DNA of 64,000 bases from a virus (IMGVR_UViG_3300031414_000022:1020-65019), one strand, 5' to 3'; shown: positions 28,458 to 38,314, counted from the stretch's first letter. The notes: generated by a model from the letters alone, not told the origin. Made by a program: numbers and translations.

Positions 28458-31093
28458 TGGCAGGCCCTTTAGGCATGAAAGCAGACGAGCGCCAACTGTC
28501 TGCCCTTGAATTGATGATGGAGCATGCCGATAATCTCAGTGCTGAGGTTGTGGGTGCTCCGCGTAGTCGCCGTCGTCGTGCTGCCACCAAAGAACAGACA
28601 GTGAGTGCCCGAGACTTTATGCAGGGCCTGTCTAATGACACTGACTTTGAGGACTACGAGTATTATGTTGGGCCAGGCAGTCGTGCTCTCAATAAGGAAT
28701 TACGCGAACGTCGTGCTGCTCAGCGCACTGGTACCGTAGCTCGATCTGCTCAAGCCGTGCAGGCTGTTCCACAGGAAGTTGCTCGTCCTAATGACGCAGA
28801 GCTTGAGCGTGCGTTGGAAAGTATCTTCACTGCCAATGCTGCCTCAAGTGGCGACATTGTTGATGCCCTGCACCAGAACACAGATATCAGCGCACAAACA
28901 GCCAAGACACTTCACGAATGGATGGAGTGGGAGAAGTCTGAGACGTTCAAAGAAGCCAACCGTGCTCGTACCGACGATGCTGCACCTGAGCCTACCAAGA
29001 ACTTGCCTGCTGTACGCCAGACCGGTACAGACCTGTCTCTGCCTGATGCTGACTTCCCCGATGAGGGTAATGGTCGTGAGGGCAGACGTGGTGGCCGTCG
29101 AGGTCGTCGCTATGGACGTGATGGTCGTCCTCGTCGTGAGCCTCGCACTCGCGGTCGCGGCAGAGGTAAGTGGGGAGCATTGCTTGGACTTGCCGCTGCT
29201 GGTGGTGCGTTCTGGTGGGCTAATCACGAGAAGTCTGAACAAGACGGACCTGAATCACCAGAAGCCAACGATGCAGCACAGGCTCAGGTAACTCCTGATC
29301 AACCTCAACCCGAAGTAGCTCGTCAAGAACCCAAGCCGGGTCTGACACAAGAGCAGAAGGACATGGCATTCGATGCTACGTCTCTGGGTGCATTAGCCCT
29401 TGGCGGTGCTAAACGTATTCCGTTTGTGGGTCCTGCTGTAGCACTGGCAGGTGCTGGCTATAACGCAGAGCAGATTGCTAATGACGACACACTCTCGGAA
29501 CAAGAAAAGAAACGCGAACAGACCAAGAATGTTACCAGTGCTGGCGGAGGTGCTATCGGGGCTACTGCGGGTGCTTGGATTGGCGGCACTCTCGGTAGTA
29601 TCGTTCCTGGTGCTGGGACTGTTGCTGGCGCTGCTGTGGGCAGTGTTATCGGGGGCCTTATTGGCGATGCTATCGGTGATAAAGTAGGTGATGCTGTTGC
29701 GGACAAGATGGATGAAAGCAACGAGAAGCAAGCCGAAGCTGAGAAGCAGCGTCAATCAGAGGAAGATGCAAAAGGACTAACAGCACAGAATCAGCAATCA
29801 GGCTTTATGAGCATGATGCCTAACTGGTTCAGTGGCATGTTTGGTTCTGCCGGCAACACAAGTGGCGGTGGCGGTAATCGTGCTCGTCCTGCTCAGTTCG
29901 ACAGCAAGCAGATCAACGACTTTGCAGCCAAAGCCGCTGCTGGTGGATTGGGATCAGTCAGTGCTCAGTTCGAGTCCGGCGGTCGTGGTGTTGCTACTGT
30001 GTCGAGTGGTGCAGGTGATAACGGTGGTGTGAGTTACGGCGCCCACCAGCTTGCTACCAACAACGGCAGCATGATGAACTTCTTGAACTCTAAAGAAGGT
30101 CAACCGTTCCTTGCTCAATTTGGTGGACAGGCGCCGGGTACTGCTGGCTTCAACGCTGCATACAAAAATCTTGCCTCAACTCAGGGTGATGCATTATCGA
30201 AAGCGCAGGATGATTATATCTCGCGTACTCACTATGCACCTCAGGCGGCCAAGCTGCAAAACGACTTGGGCCTTGATGTGTCTAAGCGGGGCAAAGCAGT
30301 GCAGGAGATGGTGTACTCAACAGCGGTGCAGTACGGTGGCAATACCAACGCTATCAAACGCGCCCTGCAGGGCCTCGATCTTGATTCAATGACTGACAGC
30401 CAGATCATCAACACCGTCCAGCAGTCGAAAGCCCAGAACGTAGGCACGGACTTTAAATCAAGTTCAGCCAATGTGCAGGCAGGTGTTGCAGCACGCGCAG
30501 AGAACGAACGCAAAGTGCTTGAGAAGATGAGCCAAGATGAGGTCAAGCAGAAAGTAACTGATGCTCTGACTCCAGATGTGACTGCTAGCCCTCAAGACGC
30601 CAACGTTCCACTGACGCGTACACCAGAGCAGCAACGTGACGCTGACATGGACCGCAAGATTGCTGAACGCTTCCCAGAGTTAGCGAAAGGCACAGGCAGT
30701 GCAGAAGACTACGCTGTTAAGCCTGTTGACGCACAGCCAGTTCCTGACCTCACAGCGCGTGGTACTGTTGCGCCCAAGATGACTCCTGAGGAATACGCAC
30801 GTCACATGGATTACGTGATGGACCGTCAGCAACCCATCCAGCCTGTGGAGCGTGAGTCAAACGTTGTTGACCGCCAGCCTCTTGTTACTGCCGCTGATAT
30901 CCCAGATACCGATGCAGGCACACAACAGGCACCGGCCCCAGCACAGCCCGAAGCTCCACGTGGTGCTACGGCAGGCAATCAACGTCAGACAGTCAATCCT
31001 GGTGGCGGCGCAGCCAAGACACACTCGCTTGATGATTTCCCTGTGTTCTTGGATGACCCAACGCTGCAAATGATCAACGTCGGTTATATGTAA
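28457..31093 (+). CDS. tape-measure-like protein with VgrG3-type peptidoglycan hydrolase domain
   Basis: Gly/Ala-rich hydrophobic helices; LGSVSAQFESG...VS.G.GD.GGVSYGAHQL lysozyme-like motif (~29940-30530). Confidence 0.7.
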   Translation: MAGPLGMKADERQLSALELMMEHADNLSAEVVGAPRSRRRRAATKEQTVSARDFMQGLSNDTDFEDYEYYVGPGSRALNKELRERRAAQRTGTVARSAQAVQAVPQEVARPNDAELERALESIFTANAASSGDIVDALHQNTDISAQTAKTLHEWMEWEKSETFKEANRARTDDAAPEPTKNLPAVRQTGTDLSLPDADFPDEGNGREGRRGGRRGRRYGRDGRPRREPRTRGRGRGKWGALLGLAAAGGAFWWANHEKSEQDGPESPEANDAAQAQVTPDQPQPEVARQEPKPGLTQEQKDMAFDATSLGALALGGAKRIPFVGPAVALAGAGYNAEQIANDDTLSEQEKKREQTKNVTSAGGGAIGATAGAWIGGTLGSIVPGAGTVAGAAVGSVIGGLIGDAIGDKVGDAVADKMDESNEKQAEAEKQRQSEEDAKGLTAQNQQSGFMSMMPNWFSGMFGSAGNTSGGGGNRARPAQFDSKQINDFAAKAAAGGLGSVSAQFESGGRGVATVSSGAGDNGGVSYGAHQLATNNGSMMNFLNSKEGQPFLAQFGGQAPGTAGFNAAYKNLASTQGDALSKAQDDYISRTHYAPQAAKLQNDLGLDVSKRGKAVQEMVYSTAVQYGGNTNAIKRALQGLDLDSMTDSQIINTVQQSKAQNVGTDFKSSSANVQAGVAARAENERKVLEKMSQDEVKQKVTDALTPDVTASPQDANVPLTRTPEQQRDADMDRKIAERFPELAKGTGSAEDYAVKPVDAQPVPDLTARGTVAPKMTPEEYARHMDYVMDRQQPIQPVERESNVVDRQPLVTAADIPDTDAGTQQAPAPAQPEAPRGATAGNQRQTVNPGGGAAKTHSLDDFPVFLDDPTLQMINVGYM

Positions 31094-31102
31094 GGAACAA
31101 CT

Positions 31103-31861
31103 GTGGCTAACTATTTAATGCCTGATACAGGTCAAGCCGCTGCTCCTGTTTCCGGAGGAGGTTCAAGAGGTGACTTTATCTCTGTGAACAAGATGTATCA
31201 AATGCGCATCTACAACTCCTCCGGCACGATTCAGTTCACTGGCTTTACACCTCCTGACTTTTCAATGAGTCTTGCTAGTGCGTGGACTCCACCTTATGGC
31301 GATACGTCACTTGGTGAGAAGGCCATGGACAAATTGCCGGGCCTAGGTGGTTCTCTGCAAGCTGCCGACCGTGCTATCAAGTTTGGTGGTGCATCAAGTA
31401 TCTCAAAGATCATGAGTGCCAAGCGCTGGACACAGCCTAGCTACTTTGAAATCTCAATGCCCATCTTCCTTGACGCCTACACAGACAGCAAGAAAGAAGT
31501 TGTGGAGAACTTGGTGCAGTTGCTTAGCCTGTGTGCTCCGAGTGAGAGCGTGGGCGGCATCTTGATTCCACCGGGACCAAGTCCTTTCAAACAGGTTGCC
31601 AACGAAGCTGCTAACCAAGTGGGTTCGGACTTCCAGTACGATGACCCTGAGGCATTCACAGTCGATATTGGTAATTTCTTCTCAATGAAGCCTGCCGTGG
31701 TAGACAGCGTAAGCGTGAACTACGATAACATCTATGAGGACGGTACAGGCAACCCGATTAGCTGTGACTTTGTTCTCCAGATGACCAGCTACTTTGCCGT
31801 TACTCGCGAGGACTTACGCAAATGGTTCAAATTGTCGCAAGCGTCGATCAGTGGGGCATAG
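31103..31861 (+). CDS. baseplate/tube-cap structural protein
   Basis: PPGP motif, IG.FF....VV.SVSV.Y...G.PI..D..L pattern; position after the tape measure. Confidence 0.55.
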   Translation: MANYLMPDTGQAAAPVSGGGSRGDFISVNKMYQMRIYNSSGTIQFTGFTPPDFSMSLASAWTPPYGDTSLGEKAMDKLPGLGGSLQAADRAIKFGGASSISKIMSAKRWTQPSYFEISMPIFLDAYTDSKKEVVENLVQLLSLCAPSESVGGILIPPGPSPFKQVANEAANQVGSDFQYDDPEAFTVDIGNFFSMKPAVVDSVSVNYDNIYEDGTGNPISCDFVLQMTSYFAVTREDLRKWFKLSQASISGA

Positions 31862-32112
31862 ACCCACTGAGTGTTGAGCTTTTCAATGATGCGGACAGCA
31901 GCCAGTATACTGTAAAGACTATTGATGCCTCTATGGAGGGAAATCCCCAACTCCTCAGCGTAGACAACTATGGTTCGACGCAGTTCTGGAACTTGATATT
32001 GATCGCCAACGCCTTAGTACACGCCTCAGAAATGAAGGCAGGCATGACGGTCAAACTACCTATCAAGCAGGCACGCGCCGCAGTCAAACAATTGAAAAGG
32101 ACAACGATATAA
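31822..32112 (+). CDS. LysM-like/gp53-like baseplate protein
   Basis: P.LLS.D.YG....W.LIL.AN......GM..KLP pattern. Confidence 0.65.
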   Translation: MVQIVASVDQWGIDPLSVELFNDADSSQYTVKTIDASMEGNPQLLSVDNYGSTQFWNLILIANALVHASEMKAGMTVKLPIKQARAAVKQLKRTTI

Positions 32113-32507
32113 TGGTAATGAAGAACGGTAAGATTGTGGGTCTCAAGAAAAAGAAAGTTGAAGCAGTGCTTGATAACCCACGCCCAAAGAAGCCCAAGAC
32201 TGATCAGCCTGCAAAGACTGAGAAAGTCAAAGCGAAAGGTAAGACTGCCAAGCCAGCACAGTCTAAGTCTCGCAGTGAACCTGCGGCCGGGTATCTCAAG
32301 CTGGGTGAACATGGGTATCTTACCGTTAGTCTTACTGAGGACGACGGAGGCCACAAGGTTGTTGCTTTCCGTAAGTTCTACACCACTAAAAACGACAGCG
32401 AGAAAAAGCCTGCACGTGGCGGATTCAACATGCAGGCCAGCAGCGCTGAACTCAAAATCCTTGCGGCACAGCTTCGACAGATCGCAAAGGAGATTGACGG
32501 GGAATAA
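32112..32507 (+). CDS. PC4-like ssDNA-binding protein with Lys-rich N-terminal tail
   Basis: V.V.....V.FRKFY.T......KP..GG..M......L: PC4/p15 fold pattern. Confidence 0.6.
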   Translation: MVMKNGKIVGLKKKKVEAVLDNPRPKKPKTDQPAKTEKVKAKGKTAKPAQSKSRSEPAAGYLKLGEHGYLTVSLTEDDGGHKVVAFRKFYTTKNDSEKKPARGGFNMQASSAELKILAAQLRQIAKEIDGE

Positions 32508-32509
32508 GC

Positions 32510-34399
32510 ATGGCACAAGTTTCAGTAGGTGGTATTGACGGCCTCGGGTTTTTCGGACTGCTTATCGATGGCAAGACCCCACCAGCAACACCAGGACTCC
32601 TCCGCAGTTGTTTCGTGATTGAAAACCCATTCTCTGTACCATGTGCTGTGGTAGAGTTTGCTGATCACAACAATAAACTGCGTAGTGAGAACGCGATTGT
32701 GGACGGAACTAAGTTCACATTCCACATGGGTCCCAACGAGGACTCAATTCAAGAATTCAATTTCAGCACCATTGGCTTGAGAGAATACGATGACGGTGGT
32801 ACTCGTATTATCCGAGCCGTTTGTGCTTTTGACGCCCATGCATTCATCTACGACAGCCGCAGCTATTCAGTGCGCGGCACATCGCGTGATGCCCTGCAGG
32901 AGATAGCCACACGCTGTAACATGCTGCTTGATATGCCAAGTGACTTGCAGCCCAAGGACAACATGCTGTGGCTTAGTTCCACCGTGAGTCCCAAGCGCTT
33001 TGCCTCTGACATTGAAAAGCACATCTGGTTGGGTGAAGATGCAATGCCCAAGCTGATGCTGACTGCCGACCGTCGCATGATTGTTCGTGACCTCGCAAAG
33101 GTTATCGAGCAACAGCCCAAAGCCACGCTGGTGTTCAACGACAAGGCAACTGGCTCAGAGTACAACGTTGCAGAGCTGCGTACCAAGTCGGCTGCTGGTA
33201 CGTTCAACGGTGTGTCGAACTATGGCGATACACTCCTGTGGGCAGACAGCAAGGGTAACATCAACGAACTCAAATCCGTCAACGTCAAGACGCGTGACCC
33301 ACTCAACATCAACAGCGATGTGCGTGGAGAGATTGTTGGTGCCCGTCGTCAGTATGCTCGTCCTACCAATGACACAAACATCCACTCACAGTACAATCAG
33401 GCTTACTACAACTGGCGTCGTCAGGCAATGACGTACACAGAAACAGCACGCTGCCTCATTCAAGGCGGTATCCCTGCTGTAGACCTGTTGGACTGTGTTG
33501 AAGTGCGTGCCGGTCTGCCTACGCGTGATCAGTCAATGCTCACTGATGTAAAGACCAGCGGCAAGTGGATTGTTATCGGCAAGACGCGTGGCTACTACTC
33601 AGGCCAGTATTCTGAGACATTGCTGCTAAGCAGGAACTTTACACCTGTTGAAGGCACCACAGGTGTTGGCGGTGGTTCGAATCTGGCATTGAAAACGTTT
33701 CCTACCATTGCTGATATCCTGCGTCCGTTCCAGCTCAACACCAACATTAAACAGTCGCTTGATGGCCTGAACCCCATCGACTTCCTGAGTCAGTCGCATG
33801 AACTTCACCTCAATCTCATGCTGGACGAGTTCCAGTCTGAATCTGAAATGTTCAAGTTCCCAGAGCTTGCGCAGAAGTATGGTGAGGGTGCTGACTACCT
33901 GAAAAGTTTGATGCAGGAGTTTAGCATGGCCAGCTACATCAACAGCATTTGTGGCGCCTTGTCTAAGCTGGAAAAGCTGAGTATCAACCTTGCTATCGAT
34001 ATCGGACCTTCTATCCTGACTGCTCTTGCTTCACGTCTCGACAGAATGGAAGGCATGATGAGTGGCTTTACGGGCGATATCAACGGGCTGATCTCGAATG
34101 GTGATATCCCTGACTACTATCTGGATGGTCCTCAGATCAATCAGACGTGTGTCTCAAACAAACTCAGTGACCTGCAAAAGTCTGTGTCTGATGCCTTGCC
34201 TGACAAGTGTATGGACGCCCTGTCGATGAGCCGACTGTTGGGTCCTAAGACAAACCTAAGTCAGTTGCTGCGTCAAGCAGAAGAAGACCTCAGAAACTTC
34301 CTGTGTAGTCTGGGTGATGGTACTGTTGATGGCTCAGGCACAACAGGAACACCTAGAGGTGAGAAGTTAGAAATGTACATGCCTAAGGTATCCCAATGA
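32510..34399 (+). CDS. baseplate hub protein (gp27/VgrG-like) with C-terminal helical extension
   Basis: Precedes the spike; G.W.VIG.T...YS....L.R at the end of the hub fold, then ~240 extra aa. Confidence 0.6.
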   Translation: MAQVSVGGIDGLGFFGLLIDGKTPPATPGLLRSCFVIENPFSVPCAVVEFADHNNKLRSENAIVDGTKFTFHMGPNEDSIQEFNFSTIGLREYDDGGTRIIRAVCAFDAHAFIYDSRSYSVRGTSRDALQEIATRCNMLLDMPSDLQPKDNMLWLSSTVSPKRFASDIEKHIWLGEDAMPKLMLTADRRMIVRDLAKVIEQQPKATLVFNDKATGSEYNVAELRTKSAAGTFNGVSNYGDTLLWADSKGNINELKSVNVKTRDPLNINSDVRGEIVGARRQYARPTNDTNIHSQYNQAYYNWRRQAMTYTETARCLIQGGIPAVDLLDCVEVRAGLPTRDQSMLTDVKTSGKWIVIGKTRGYYSGQYSETLLLSRNFTPVEGTTGVGGGSNLALKTFPTIADILRPFQLNTNIKQSLDGLNPIDFLSQSHELHLNLMLDEFQSESEMFKFPELAQKYGEGADYLKSLMQEFSMASYINSICGALSKLEKLSINLAIDIGPSILTALASRLDRMEGMMSGFTGDINGLISNGDIPDYYLDGPQINQTCVSNKLSDLQKSVSDALPDKCMDALSMSRLLGPKTNLSQLLRQAEEDLRNFLCSLGDGTVDGSGTTGTPRGEKLEMYMPKVSQ

Positions 34400-35184
34400 T
34401 TCCACTGAACGAAAACGTTGGTAAAAAGGGAATTGATCGATTCATGGACTATGAAGGGATTGTGATTGATAACAACGATCCCAAGCAAATCAGCCAAGTC
34501 AAAGTACGCATCAAAGGACTGATGGATGATGTTGAAGACGAGAACCTGCCGTGGTTGCGTCCTCACATTCGTCACCTGGAGGGATATCTGGGCGGCAGTC
34601 AAGTCAATGCGTTTGGCACGTTCTGTGTTCCAGTCAGAGGCAGTCGCGTAACTGTGAACTTCCCTACTGGCAATCTGTATGAAGGTCAATACAGTGGACA
34701 TGCTCGTCCGACGGAAACAGAGCAACTGCCCGCCAGCCTCATCAACTATCCACACAGGATTGTGATGCAGCTATCAACAGGCACTCAGATGATCATTGAT
34801 CGCAAAACACGCGAGACATTCCTAATCTTGAGCGGCGACTACAACCAAACAATCTTTGGTGATGTGAATCAGACCATTGTCGGCAATCAAAGCCTTGTTG
34901 TCACTGGCAGCAAGTCAGACATTCCTGATTACATCCTCAATGACCCTGTTATGACCGCTGCTAAACTGAAAGCCAGTCCCAACAAACGCATCAAGTTCCT
35001 GGGCAAAGCTCAGGGTGATGCGGGCAATCAATATCTGCATGTCAAAGGCAATCAGACCACCATCATCGATGGCAATCGTGATGTTACTGTTAAAGGCAGT
35101 GATAAGCTAACAGTTCGTCGCGGCATTGATACAAAAGCTGGTGGCTCTATCAAGATAAACGGTCAAACAATCGATCTCAACTAA
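34396..35184 (+). CDS. baseplate central spike (gp5/VgrG OB fold plus beta-helix)
   Basis: GIVIDNNDP...VKVRI.GL...LPW, P.RGS.V.V.F..G; V.GNQ repeats at the C-terminus. Confidence 0.85.
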   Translation: MIPLNENVGKKGIDRFMDYEGIVIDNNDPKQISQVKVRIKGLMDDVEDENLPWLRPHIRHLEGYLGGSQVNAFGTFCVPVRGSRVTVNFPTGNLYEGQYSGHARPTETEQLPASLINYPHRIVMQLSTGTQMIIDRKTRETFLILSGDYNQTIFGDVNQTIVGNQSLVVTGSKSDIPDYILNDPVMTAAKLKASPNKRIKFLGKAQGDAGNQYLHVKGNQTTIIDGNRDVTVKGSDKLTVRRGIDTKAGGSIKINGQTIDLN

Positions 35185-35193
35185 GGAACAACC

Positions 35194-35889
35194 ATGCAAG
35201 CTACTGCACAGAAGCGAATACTTATTACACACATGGACGGCGGTGTTCCTTTTGTCACGTCTGCCGCGATCATCGCTCAAGGCACGACGGACCAACTCCC
35301 TGCAATCAACGAATTTCTATCGCGCCTTGATACGCTCAACAACTACATGTTCTTTTGTATGGAAGATGAAGACGTTGAGCTACAGGGACCGCGCAATACC
35401 CTGATAAGTGATTACGTCAGCATCGACCACTTCTGGAATCACCTCCAGATGATTCCTCGTGTCCGTGCCAGCGTCGAGCATGACTATAGCTGCATCTGTT
35501 GCTCGGTGGAAGAATACTTCCGACAACACAACCATGTGCAGACACTGTTGGCAGAGGGCTTTGACTTTGAGGTAGTTCCTCAAGACCTGCCTGCTCTTGA
35601 TTGGGTTGAAGCACAGAACCCTTTTGAGAACCCTACACTGCCATTCGTCGAACTGCCTGTTATTGAAATTCTGCCCAACGGTACGTGGGCAGGTGGCATC
35701 ATGCTGACTGATGCAGTTCGCATGGACCGCAAGTGTGTGATTGTCAATCGCAGCCAAGGCAATGCTACAGTAAGTGGCAATCGCCTGTACGTTGTGAATC
35801 AACCAGACACAAATCAATTTGATTATACTGCGTTGAAGCCTTACTTTTCAACGTATGGCATTTTCCGTAACGTGGTGCTCAAAAAATGA
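35194..35889 (+). CDS. hypothetical protein
   Basis: RBS AAGGA; packed in the operon. Confidence 0.55.
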   Translation: MQATAQKRILITHMDGGVPFVTSAAIIAQGTTDQLPAINEFLSRLDTLNNYMFFCMEDEDVELQGPRNTLISDYVSIDHFWNHLQMIPRVRASVEHDYSCICCSVEEYFRQHNHVQTLLAEGFDFEVVPQDLPALDWVEAQNPFENPTLPFVELPVIEILPNGTWAGGIMLTDAVRMDRKCVIVNRSQGNATVSGNRLYVVNQPDTNQFDYTALKPYFSTYGIFRNVVLKK

Positions 35890-36533
35890 GAACAGTACAT
35901 ACCTTTCAGCGGCGCGTCACCTATATCGAGGACGGCTGGCCGCACGTTCGCAACATGGAATTTACTGTAGGCTTCACAGACCTGTCCGACAGTCCTGAGA
36001 AACTTGTAAATATACAGCAACACCTTGCGTCGCATGTGTTTGCTTTCTTTGACCAAGAAATGTTGATTGATAGTGAAGCAGGTATCGTACAGTTCAAACA
36101 TGTTACGTTCCCACATCATGGTATTGGTATCGATATCGTAACCCAAGACCTTTCCGAATTCAGTGTTATCGCAGATGCCCTGTCTACGCATTTGAGCATT
36201 TTGTTTAGCTGTAACGTCGAGGCATATTCCTGCCAGTCTGACGATAACAAATGCATCCTGCGAAGCCTACAGATTGGCACAGGCAAGATGCGTCGTTGTC
36301 AGATGTTTGACCTTGCTGGTGGTGCGTTGGTTGGTTATGAAGTGCTAACTGACAAGGCTGACGTGCCCAAGAATGTTGTGCTGGATGATCGCATTGAGAT
36401 TGCAGACGGCGCGCCATTCATCGAGGTTGACCGCAGTACAAAGAACAGAGGCTTTAGTCCGTATTTCATCAAGGGCATTGTGACTCAAGCAGGAGCCATT
36501 AATGGGCAAGCCCTTATTAACGAAGATGCTTAA
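35886..36533 (+). CDS. hypothetical protein
   Basis: ATGA overlap with the upstream ORF. Confidence 0.55.
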   Translation: MRTVHTFQRRVTYIEDGWPHVRNMEFTVGFTDLSDSPEKLVNIQQHLASHVFAFFDQEMLIDSEAGIVQFKHVTFPHHGIGIDIVTQDLSEFSVIADALSTHLSILFSCNVEAYSCQSDDNKCILRSLQIGTGKMRRCQMFDLAGGALVGYEVLTDKADVPKNVVLDDRIEIADGAPFIEVDRSTKNRGFSPYFIKGIVTQAGAINGQALINEDA

Positions 36534-36828
36534 CGTTGACGTGTATTGCGGCAAAGCGCCAACAATGACGGAAGTGTTGAATGTTCGTGATCTAATCGTT
36601 CGTACTCAGGTAAAGATGGGACGTCCTTACTATGGGCATTGCGTGTATCTGACTGGTGATTTTGCTGATCAGTTCAGAACGCATTGTCAGGGCGTCAACA
36701 TCAACTTCTCTATGAAGCCTCGTGTGCCATGTCACTTGGGTGTCGTGATAGGCCGGGCGCCTCCCAGCTTTTACTCAGAGCGCAATCAGGTACTAAACTG
36801 TCCTGAGCAGAGACTCGAACGACGCTAA
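36502..36828 (+). CDS. hypothetical protein
   Basis: Overlaps upstream ORF; ends at the GCTAATTT motif. Confidence 0.4.
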   Translation: MGKPLLTKMLNVDVYCGKAPTMTEVLNVRDLIVRTQVKMGRPYYGHCVYLTGDFADQFRTHCQGVNINFSMKPRVPCHLGVVIGRAPPSFYSERNQVLNCPEQRLERR

Positions 36829-36842
36829 TTTCTAAGCGTTAA
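36824..36842 (+). promoter_or_regulatory. GCTAATTTCTAAGCGTTAA, putative phage promoter
   Basis: 19-nt exact duplicate of 50213..50231; both lie just upstream of an RBS and ATG. Confidence 0.65.
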
Positions 36843-36860
36843 CAACCTGTGGAGAAAACC

Positions 36861-37361
36861 ATGTTAAGTCTGAACAGTGCGTGGGGAACAGATTTCTTCC
36901 CTACTCAGATCGAACCCAACGATCTTGCTGTGATGATAGTTGCTGGCGCCATGAATCTTACTGGTGCTCGTCCTGTCATTGAGCAAGCCTATCGTGCAGA
37001 ATCAGCGCGTGCCGCTGTGCTGGCTCGTCCTTTCGCTGACTGTGCTCAATATATTCAACGCGATTACGGTCGCAACCCTACTCACACTATCTCCATCTTG
37101 GGAAATAGTCAGGCGTGCAATGCCATCATTACTGATGAGCAGGGCAACTTGATTTATGACCCATACGAAGGTAGTCGTCTCAGCTATGCGCCAAACGTGT
37201 ATGCGTCATACGGTAAGCCTGAAGGCATGCCTGTGATGTACGAGTTCCTGGGCAGCGTGAGCTACTCGGACGCCGTGCAGGTGTTGAAAGACAACGGCTA
37301 CTGGATTGACAACAGCCTCAATTGGGGTCTGGACTCAGCCCGTGCAGGAGATACCCTGTAA
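36861..37361 (+). CDS. hypothetical protein
   Basis: GGAG RBS then ATG (MLSLNSA); track start 36849. Confidence 0.55.
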   Translation: MLSLNSAWGTDFFPTQIEPNDLAVMIVAGAMNLTGARPVIEQAYRAESARAAVLARPFADCAQYIQRDYGRNPTHTISILGNSQACNAIITDEQGNLIYDPYEGSRLSYAPNVYASYGKPEGMPVMYEFLGSVSYSDAVQVLKDNGYWIDNSLNWGLDSARAGDTL

Positions 37362-37819
37362 TGAAACTGCGCGTATCATTGTCTGCGAAAAAGACGCAGA
37401 TGCCTCGTATTCAGAGTGGCGTTGTCCCGTACCGTCTTAACATGAAAACAGGCGAGATTGAAATCCTAATGATACGCACAAAGCACGCGCGTAACTGGGG
37501 ATTGCCTAAAGGCGGTAAAGAATCACACCTCAGCCTGATTGCCTCCGCACTCAAAGAAGCTGACGAAGAGGCAGGAGCTGTTGGTACGCCTGAAGAGTTT
37601 GTCATGACCAGCGAGTACACAAAAGGCAGTACTGGTCGTGATCAGCATGTGACGTGGTACTTGATGCATGTTAAACGCCTCAAGGACAACTACATGGAAG
37701 TCAACCTGCGTGAGCGCAAATGGTTCCGTGTTGATAAGGCTTTGCTCAAGATTGACAAAGGCTTTCATCCAATCCTCAAGCGTGCTCTCAAAATCTTGAA
37801 CAAACGCACAATCGAGTAA
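37361..37819 (+). CDS. Nudix hydrolase
   Basis: SGVVPYR...EILMI...W.LPKGG...A.KEA.EEAG Nudix box (partly degenerate). Confidence 0.85.
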   Translation: MKLRVSLSAKKTQMPRIQSGVVPYRLNMKTGEIEILMIRTKHARNWGLPKGGKESHLSLIASALKEADEEAGAVGTPEEFVMTSEYTKGSTGRDQHVTWYLMHVKRLKDNYMEVNLRERKWFRVDKALLKIDKGFHPILKRALKILNKRTIE

Positions 37820-37822
37820 CCA

Positions 37823-38314
37823 ATGGCTCTTAGACGACGGACTTATGTGAGACCGTCTCAGGTAGATTTCCTATCGTTGAGCAGACCTGATAAAACGGCT
37901 TTCATTACGGAGGCCGTTGTTCAATACTGGATTGGTAAACGCTACTCCTGCCATATTGAGTTGGGACTGAAAAAGCGTGGCCATCTACGTGCTGACGTGT
38001 TCTGCCTCAATACCAAAAGTGATTGCGTTATCACGGAAGTAAAGAGCTGCTGGCAAGATTTCAAAACAGACAAGAAGTGGCAGAACTACAAGCCATTCTG
38101 TATGCGGATGTACTTCGCAATTGACGAAACTCTTTTTGCCACACACGGTACAAAGATACTCGAAGCAATCGAAGGCCATAGCTGCGGTCTGATTGTTATC
38201 GATGCTGTGGGCAACGCAGCCGTACGTTCCAATGCTCGCCGCACAAAAATGAAAAACGAAGTCCTGGCACGTATGCTGATTAAATGCGCATGGCGTGGTG
38301 GACGTTTTAGCTAA
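37823..38314 (+). CDS. MmcB-like PD-(D/E)XK nuclease/DNA repair protein
   Basis: RADV......I.EVKS...DF..DKKW..Y..FC...YFA motif. Confidence 0.8.
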   Translation: MALRRRTYVRPSQVDFLSLSRPDKTAFITEAVVQYWIGKRYSCHIELGLKKRGHLRADVFCLNTKSDCVITEVKSCWQDFKTDKKWQNYKPFCMRMYFAIDETLFATHGTKILEAIEGHSCGLIVIDAVGNAAVRSNARRTKMKNEVLARMLIKCAWRGGRFS

